The notes under the pieces were generated by a model. The model saw only the letters and a program-made list of their open reading frames with translations. It did not search any database and was not told where the DNA came from. Both the position numbers and the translations under genes were made by a program. Of a stretch of DNA of 31,333 nucleotides, positions 25,305 through 31,333 are shown in pieces (position 1 is the first letter of the stretch; each line of letters starts with the position of its first letter). The DNA comes from an uncultured Candidatus Saccharibacteria bacterium (GTDB taxonomy: Bacteria; Patescibacteriota; Doudnabacteria; UBA920): the NCBI GenBank assembly GCA_964547145.1, contig CAZJLL010000063.1:1-31333 (forward strand), in the 5' to 3' direction.

Positions 25305-25329
25305 AATCCTAAATCTCCGATATAAATTA

Positions 25330-25384
25330 ATAGGCTATACCCCTATAGCCTATATATAGTAAACCAAGCAGACAAATACGTCAA
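25330..25384 (-). promoter_or_regulatory. csoR operon promoter and CsoR-type operator
   Basis: Minus strand TTGACG (25379-25384), 17 bp, TACTAT (25356-25361). Palindrome ATAGGCTATA-CCCC-TATAGCCTAT at 25330-25353, with the central C/G tract typical of CsoR operators. Confidence 0.85.
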
Positions 25385-25437
25385 GCAATCATGCAAAAAC
25401 TTACTGTGGCCTGCTCCCAATTCTTTGTAACCGCTGT

Positions 25438-26262
25438 CTACAGTTTAACGGATACTTGCTTAGTTGTTAATAGTCGCCGCTCGGCATAAACCGCTGGCGG
25501 CATTTTTAATTTAGTGTGAATTCTTTTGTGGTTGTAGTAATAGAGTTGAAGGTAGATGGCCACGGCCAACTCGGCCAGTTTCTTGTAGCGGTTGGGGTCA
25601 CCTAGGTCAATTTTGAACTGAGAGTAGAAGGACTCCTGAAAGCCGTTCTCCCAAGGGCTGCCCTTGTGGCTCATGGAGGGCTTAAATCCCAAACTGATGG
25701 CAAAACTCATGTAAAGCTTACTTTTGTATTCACTGCCCTGGTCGGAGTGCAAAATATCTGCCCGGCCATGTTTTTCCACTGCATCCATCAGCGCCAGCAG
25801 GGGTAATTGCACCGTGTGGTTGGTCAGGATGCTCCAGCCGACAACCCTCCGGCCAAACACGTCCATAATGGTTGCCAGGTAAACGGTTTTGCCATGAAAT
25901 GGAATGTAGGTGAAATCCGAAACCCAAGCAACATTGGCCTTAGTCGGAAACGGCATCTCTTGCAGCAGATTCGGGAATACTGTGCCCAAATCCTTGATTT
26001 TCTTGAACTTTTTGCCTCTCCTGCGGTAGGGCTTAATGCCGAACAGCTTCATAACACGCCTGGCCTTTTTCTTGTTAACGCGCAGCTCTAACGCAACCCT
26101 GCGGTAGCCATAGGACGGATGTTCATGGAGCACTTGTTCAATCCGGTTTTTAAAGGACCAATCTTGATCTGGTTTCTTGGGCTTGTAGTAAAGGCTGGAG
26201 ATGGAAACGCCTAAGCGTTTGGCCAGTTCCTTTTTTGACAGGCCCAAGGTCTCAGCGGCCAT
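25438..26262 (-). CDS. IS3 transposase OrfB (DDE integrase core)
   Basis: HPSYGYRRV, WVSDFTYI, HSDQGSEY, ENGFQESFY, YYNHKRIHTKL. Confidence 0.95.
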   Translation of the reverse strand: MAAETLGLSKKELAKRLGVSISSLYYKPKKPDQDWSFKNRIEQVLHEHPSYGYRRVALELRVNKKKARRVMKLFGIKPYRRRGKKFKKIKDLGTVFPNLLQEMPFPTKANVAWVSDFTYIPFHGKTVYLATIMDVFGRRVVGWSILTNHTVQLPLLALMDAVEKHGRADILHSDQGSEYKSKLYMSFAISLGFKPSMSHKGSPWENGFQESFYSQFKIDLGDPNRYKKLAELAVAIYLQLYYYNHKRIHTKLKMPPAVYAERRLLTTKQVSVKL

Positions 26263-26530
26263 TACGATCGTCCGTCTTTTTTTTCTCCAGTTCCAGGTCG
26301 AGCATGATCTGGCCGATGAGCTGCTTTAGGGCCTGGTTCTCTCTTTTGAGCTTGGCCACCTCCAGAATGGACGGCTGGCCGGTAATTTGCTTGTTGAGCC
26401 AACTGTATATGGTTTTGACGTGCAGGCCGTGTTCGGCGGCCACTTGGGCTACCGGCTGGCCTTCATCCCGAATCCGTTTTAAGACTTGTTCTTTAACTTC
26501 TTTGCTGACTAACGCTTTGCCTTTGGGCAT
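26252..26530 (-). CDS. IS3 transposase OrfA (HTH)
   Basis: VAQVAAEHGLHVKTIYSW HTH and zipper EVAKLKRENQALKQL; SD AGAAAGGA. Confidence 0.93.
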   Translation of the reverse strand: MPKGKALVSKEVKEQVLKRIRDEGQPVAQVAAEHGLHVKTIYSWLNKQITGQPSILEVAKLKRENQALKQLIGQIMLDLELEKKKTDDRNGR

Positions 26531-26641
26531 AGGATACGATCCTTTCTGTATCCATTATACCGTAAAGAATCAAGTTACAAATTTTGGGGGGCCGACCAAT
26601 TAAAGATGTGGTACCAGTCCATGTCATAAGATAATTCAGCT

Positions 26642-27196
26642 CTATTGTTTATTAGTTTTATTTTTTTCTAAGTCGTTCCAAAACCTATTTATTTCATTCC
26701 ACCATTTTTTTGATTCAGGAAACAAGTGTGGTTCAAATAATTTTGGATCTATGCCATTGCTACCAGCAATGTTTTGAATGTCCTCTAATAAACCGGTGAC
26801 CATAGCATTGCTCACATCTGCCGTTCCATGCTTAATAATGACTTCTATAGCCTCAAAAATACCTGAAAACTCTTTAAGGTCATTCTCTTTAATTAAGTGT
26901 ACTAAATGCCTTGCGTAACTCGAAAGAAAACTATAAAAACTATCGAACTTTTTCTCACCATTCTCTTTGAAGAATTTAGAAGATATGCGGGTTAAGATAT
27001 AAGTTGCCTGCTCTGCTTTCATATCACCTGCTGTGGTTTTAAAATTTTTTCCTATTAGGTCCCCAGTCTCTTTTTCGTATGTTAAAGCGTCGACAACATT
27101 TCTTTTTGTACCCGGTCTATACAGCGAATCCATAATATTTTTGAATTCTGTATTTGCTTGGGGTTTTGATTCTTTTTTCTTTTTAAATGGCCACAT
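26642..27196 (-). CDS. AT-rich hypothetical protein, helical C-terminal domain (immunity-protein-like)
   Basis: Long ORF in an AT-rich block. C-terminus IFEAIEVIIKHGTADVSNAMVTGLLEDIQN...LFPESKKWWNEINRFW. Confidence 0.75.
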   Translation of the reverse strand: MWPFKKKKESKPQANTEFKNIMDSLYRPGTKRNVVDALTYEKETGDLIGKNFKTTAGDMKAEQATYILTRISSKFFKENGEKKFDSFYSFLSSYARHLVHLIKENDLKEFSGIFEAIEVIIKHGTADVSNAMVTGLLEDIQNIAGSNGIDPKLFEPHLFPESKKWWNEINRFWNDLEKNKTNKQ

Positions 27197-27213
27197 ATAA
27201 TTGGTTTCTTAAC

Positions 27214-27525
27214 CTACTTTTTAAACCTGATATCCAGAGGCACCATCTTATCTCCATCTTTTAGGGGCGCTGGCCTCTGAATCGGGTTCAGAATTACCTC
27301 AACAGATTCATCCTCCCAACCTTCCTGGTCATTCTTTCCCAACTCAACACCTTTTTCTAAAATTTTCTTTCCATCTAAGTGTCCACTACCATCGGCTTCT
27401 GTAATCCAATCGTCTTCCTGAACTTCAACCGACACAAATTTAACTTGTTTAATTATCCTTTGGAGCGTAACTTGAACTGATAATTTTTCTATAGGGTGTT
27501 TATCGTCCTTATTATAAAGCTGCAT
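27214..27525 (-). CDS. AT-rich hypothetical protein
   Basis: 103-aa ORF co-oriented with and 17 bp from the next gene; no recognised motif. Confidence 0.65.
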   Translation of the reverse strand: MQLYNKDDKHPIEKLSVQVTLQRIIKQVKFVSVEVQEDDWITEADGSGHLDGKKILEKGVELGKNDQEGWEDESVEVILNPIQRPAPLKDGDKMVPLDIRFKK

Positions 27526-27583
27526 AAAATTAACTTAATTATGGCTTAATTATACTCCTTCCATCTAAATTAAGCCATTTACA

Positions 27584-27610
27584 AATAAACCGCTACAAGA
27601 GCGGTTTATT
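27584..27610. terminator. Terminator hairpin downstream of the 16S transcript
   Basis: AATAAACCGCT-acaag-AGCGGTTTATT. Confidence 0.7.
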
Positions 27611-27921
27611 AAAAACTTCCATAGAAAGACAGCGTTTCTAAGGAAATTTTTGCCGCCTCTAACATAAAAAGCCTCGCGCCGATAATCGGTACGAAGCTCT
27701 TTATTGCAATTTCCGTTAACTTTAACGGCTAAACAGTGACCCCCAACTTTTTGGCGTTGAGGCCTTTACCGCAAGGGTAAAGGAAGAATTGCCTTTATAC
27801 AAAACCGTGTTACGTCAATCGTATAGAGTCTTTCGTAACTCTCGAAAGAGTTAACGACGACCAATGGAATGTATGACAACAGGCACCTTCGAAAAGGTAT
27901 CAGGCCATATATTTATTCCTT

Positions 27922-29389
<1,468 letters not shown>

Positions 29390-29583
29390 AGATGATCCGT
29401 ATCAAGATTGATACAAATCTGGCGATAATTTATTTTTGAATGGCTAAATTATCAAAGCCGGAGAATTCATTGAACTCTTTATCCTCCGCCGCATAAAGCT
29501 TTGGAGGATTTACAAAATTGACGTAACTTGCCTCCGAAATAAATCGGAGACGATGGTTTTGTACATTCTAACCACTATTCAGC

Positions 29584-29595
29584 TGTTAAAGTGCA
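29584..29595 (-). promoter_or_regulatory. rrn boxA antitermination element
   Basis: Minus strand TGCACTTTAACA, one mismatch to consensus TGCTCTTTAACA, in the 16S leader. Confidence 0.7.
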
Positions 29596-29842
29596 TGAAT
29601 TTTGAGGAGACAAAACCTGGCGGTTTTTTCTTCTCAATACTCATCTTTTTCCTATTTTTGAAAAAGTGTGCGGAGAAAATTGGGCGAAAAAAAACACATT
29701 CCAACAATCTGGAACTATGTTCAGTCTCCGGGAAACCCGGAATCCCTGGCAATTAGCGGAAACTCCGCTTACACTAGGGCAAAATTGAACTGGATGTTAT
29801 GCCTTTTTTAATCTCCTAGATTTAATATCTAAATCCTCAAGC

Positions 29843-29871
29843 ATTTTATACGATTTCCCCAAAGCTGTCAA
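29843..29871 (-). promoter_or_regulatory. rRNA promoter
   Basis: Minus strand TTGACA (29866-29871), 17 bp, TAAAAT (29843-29848), with AT-rich sequence upstream. Confidence 0.8.
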
Positions 29872-30036
29872 GCCAAAATCGAATACAATTTTTCCGTTAT
29901 TTCTAAGCTGTCACAGCCATCTAACGGGCGGCATGCCATTGCCGCCATCTTTATATTTATAATTGCCAAAAACCAACTAAGTATTAACTTGAAACAAAAT
30001 ATATAAAATGTCTATAATATGAGCCAGGAGGATCGT

Positions 30037-30153
30037 ATGTACGAGCAGTATTCGAAAAAACAGTCTTCAAACCGGATGTCGGTTTGGGCCTGCCTGATCA
30101 CACTCGTTGTAATGGTGATTGGACTGTGGATGGCTTGCGGCCACCATGTCTAG
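30037..30153 (+). CDS. Unannotated 38-aa single-TM peptide
   Basis: TTGAAA (29989-29994), 18 bp, TATAAT (30013-30018); SD AGGAGG 5 nt before ATG; MYEQYSKKQSSNRMSVWACLITLVVMVIGLWMACGHHV*; followed by a strong hairpin. Confidence 0.7.
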   Translation: MYEQYSKKQSSNRMSVWACLITLVVMVIGLWMACGHHV

Positions 30154-30170
30154 GTCTAGCCCTTCGCCTC

Positions 30171-30200
30171 GCACCGGACCGCCTCACAACGGTCCGGTGC
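30171..30200 (+). terminator. Terminator after the small ORF
   Basis: GCACCGGACCG-cctcacaa-CGGTCCGGTGC, 11-bp perfect stem followed by T-rich sequence. Confidence 0.75.
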
Positions 30201-30326
30201 TGCTATTTTATTTACCCCCGGCTGACCAATTCGCGCGAAAAGGTAAGCCGCAAAAATGGGGTGATCAGACTGGCTTAAAAACCGAAAATTGCCAGCTTGT
30301 AACTTTTCTGCTAAATTTTAAGCATT

Positions 30327-31333
30327 ATGCCTAAAAAATTCATTTTCATTCTGGTAATTTTTCAGCTGGTTTTAAGCTTTCTGCACTGGTTGCTGTATTT
30401 GGAAGCACTAGCCTTCTTTCCGGCCCTGCAGGCCCATAGCAGCGGCCTGCTTATTGCCATTATGGCCATGTCGGTCTCGTTTCTGGTTTTCTCCGCCTCC
30501 ACCCATTTCCGAGAACAAAAAACCCTGACGGTTGGCTATGTCCTGGCCGCTATTTGGCTGGTCTGGGCCATGTATTTCTCCATTTTCGGCGCCGTAGCCC
30601 TGCTCGGCTACCTGGCGTTTGGCGGCGCAATAGGATATTGGGGCTGGGCCGTGTTCGCCGTCAGTTCGGCCTTAACACTTTACGGCCTGATCAACGCCCG
30701 CATCGCCCGCCTGGTCACCTACACCGTCCGCCTGCCCAACCTGCCCGCGGCCTGGAAAAATCAGACAGCCATTATGGCTTCCGACCTGCACCTGGGACAG
30801 ATTTTAAAAAAGCATTTTGCCCGCAAGCTGATCAAGCTGATTAATGCCCAGGCGCCGCGGATTGTGTTCATTCCCGGCGACTTTTACGACGGCGTACACA
30901 CCAATTTCCAGGAGCTGGCCGACGAATTCAAGAAGCTGGCGGCGCCCTGGGGTGTCTTCTTTTCTTCCGGCAACCACGAAATGCTGGCCGGCTATGGCGT
31001 CTGCGAACAGGCGGTCAGGAACGCCGGCCTGCGCGTCCTGGAAGACGAGAATGTGGATGTCCAGGGCGTGCAAATTTTAGGCCTGGCCTACCGCAGCGAG
31101 ACCGACGAGTCCGTAGCCGAGCGCCTGGGCAAAATGAGCATTGACCCAAAAAAACCGTCCATTCTGCTCAAGCATGTGCCTGACCACTTAGGGCCGGTTA
31201 CCAAAGCTGGCGTCAGCCTGCAGCTGTCCGGCCATACGCACTTAGGCCAGGTCTGGCCGTTCCGCTATATTACCAAGAAAATTTTTAAAAGTTTTGATTA
31301 CGGCTTAAAAGCCATAGGCGCCAGCCAAGTTTT
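30327..31333 (+). CDS. Membrane-bound calcineurin-like metallophosphoesterase (YkuE/YaeI-like); 3' end off the window
   Basis: Manual translation from ATG 30327: about 4 N-terminal TMs, then SDLHLG, GDFYDG, GNHE, LLKHVP and SGHTHLGQ. Confidence 0.95.
   Translation, partial: MPKKFIFILVIFQLVLSFLHWLLYLEALAFFPALQAHSSGLLIAIMAMSVSFLVFSASTHFREQKTLTVGYVLAAIWLVWAMYFSIFGAVALLGYLAFGGAIGYWGWAVFAVSSALTLYGLINARIARLVTYTVRLPNLPAAWKNQTAIMASDLHLGQILKKHFARKLIKLINAQAPRIVFIPGDFYDGVHTNFQELADEFKKLAAPWGVFFSSGNHEMLAGYGVCEQAVRNAGLRVLEDENVDVQGVQILGLAYRSETDESVAERLGKMSIDPKKPSILLKHVPDHLGPVTKAGVSLQLSGHTHLGQVWPFRYITKKIFKSFDYGLKAIGASQV

Larger units (their letters stand above)
25407..26598 (-). mobile_element. IS3-family insertion sequence, 1192 bp
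   Basis: 25-bp imperfect terminal inverted repeats TGGCCTGCTCCCAATTCTTTGTAAC (25407-25431) and TGGTCGGCCCCCCAAAATTTGTAAC (26598-26574, minus), 18/25 identical; orfA plus orfB; no target-site duplication seen. Confidence 0.92.

Overview
Chromosomal window from a bacterium using genetic code 11 (TGA is a stop, e.g. hrcA). It is most consistent with Patescibacteria/CPR. This is an inference from the 16S signature U505-A526, a stand-alone 16S gene, a shortened HrcA, a monoderm-type DnaK and two type IV pilin-like genes. Left to right: (1) an AbrB-family regulator heading a MacAB-like ABC operon with no TolC, with a heptamer-repeat spacer inside it; (2) a structured non-coding region and a 477-aa possible HUP/BshC-like ligase; (3) a pilin gene; (4) a tRNA-Lys locus that looks split by a ~1 kb AT-rich islet carrying its own complete tRNA-Lys and a TPR gene, followed by a GIY-YIG remnant; (5) an RlmI-like methyltransferase, a lone receiver protein and a membrane protein; (6) an hrcA-grpE-dnaK-dnaJ operon with three inserted genes and a variant CIRCE; (7) an RRM protein, a His-tailed sensor-like protein, a frameshifted membrane gene and a second pilin; (8) an 8-gene CsoR-controlled, Cys-Cys-rich copper/redox operon ending in a CopB-type P1B ATPase, including an unannotated 47-aa gene; (9) an IS3 element whose orfB is in the +1 frame, and two AT-rich orphan genes; (10) an unlinked 16S rRNA gene with promoter, boxA and processing stem; (11) an unannotated 38-aa membrane peptide and a truncated metallophosphoesterase. 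No CRISPR array, integrase or reverse transcriptase is visible. All family assignments come from motif recognition by eye; no database searches were run.
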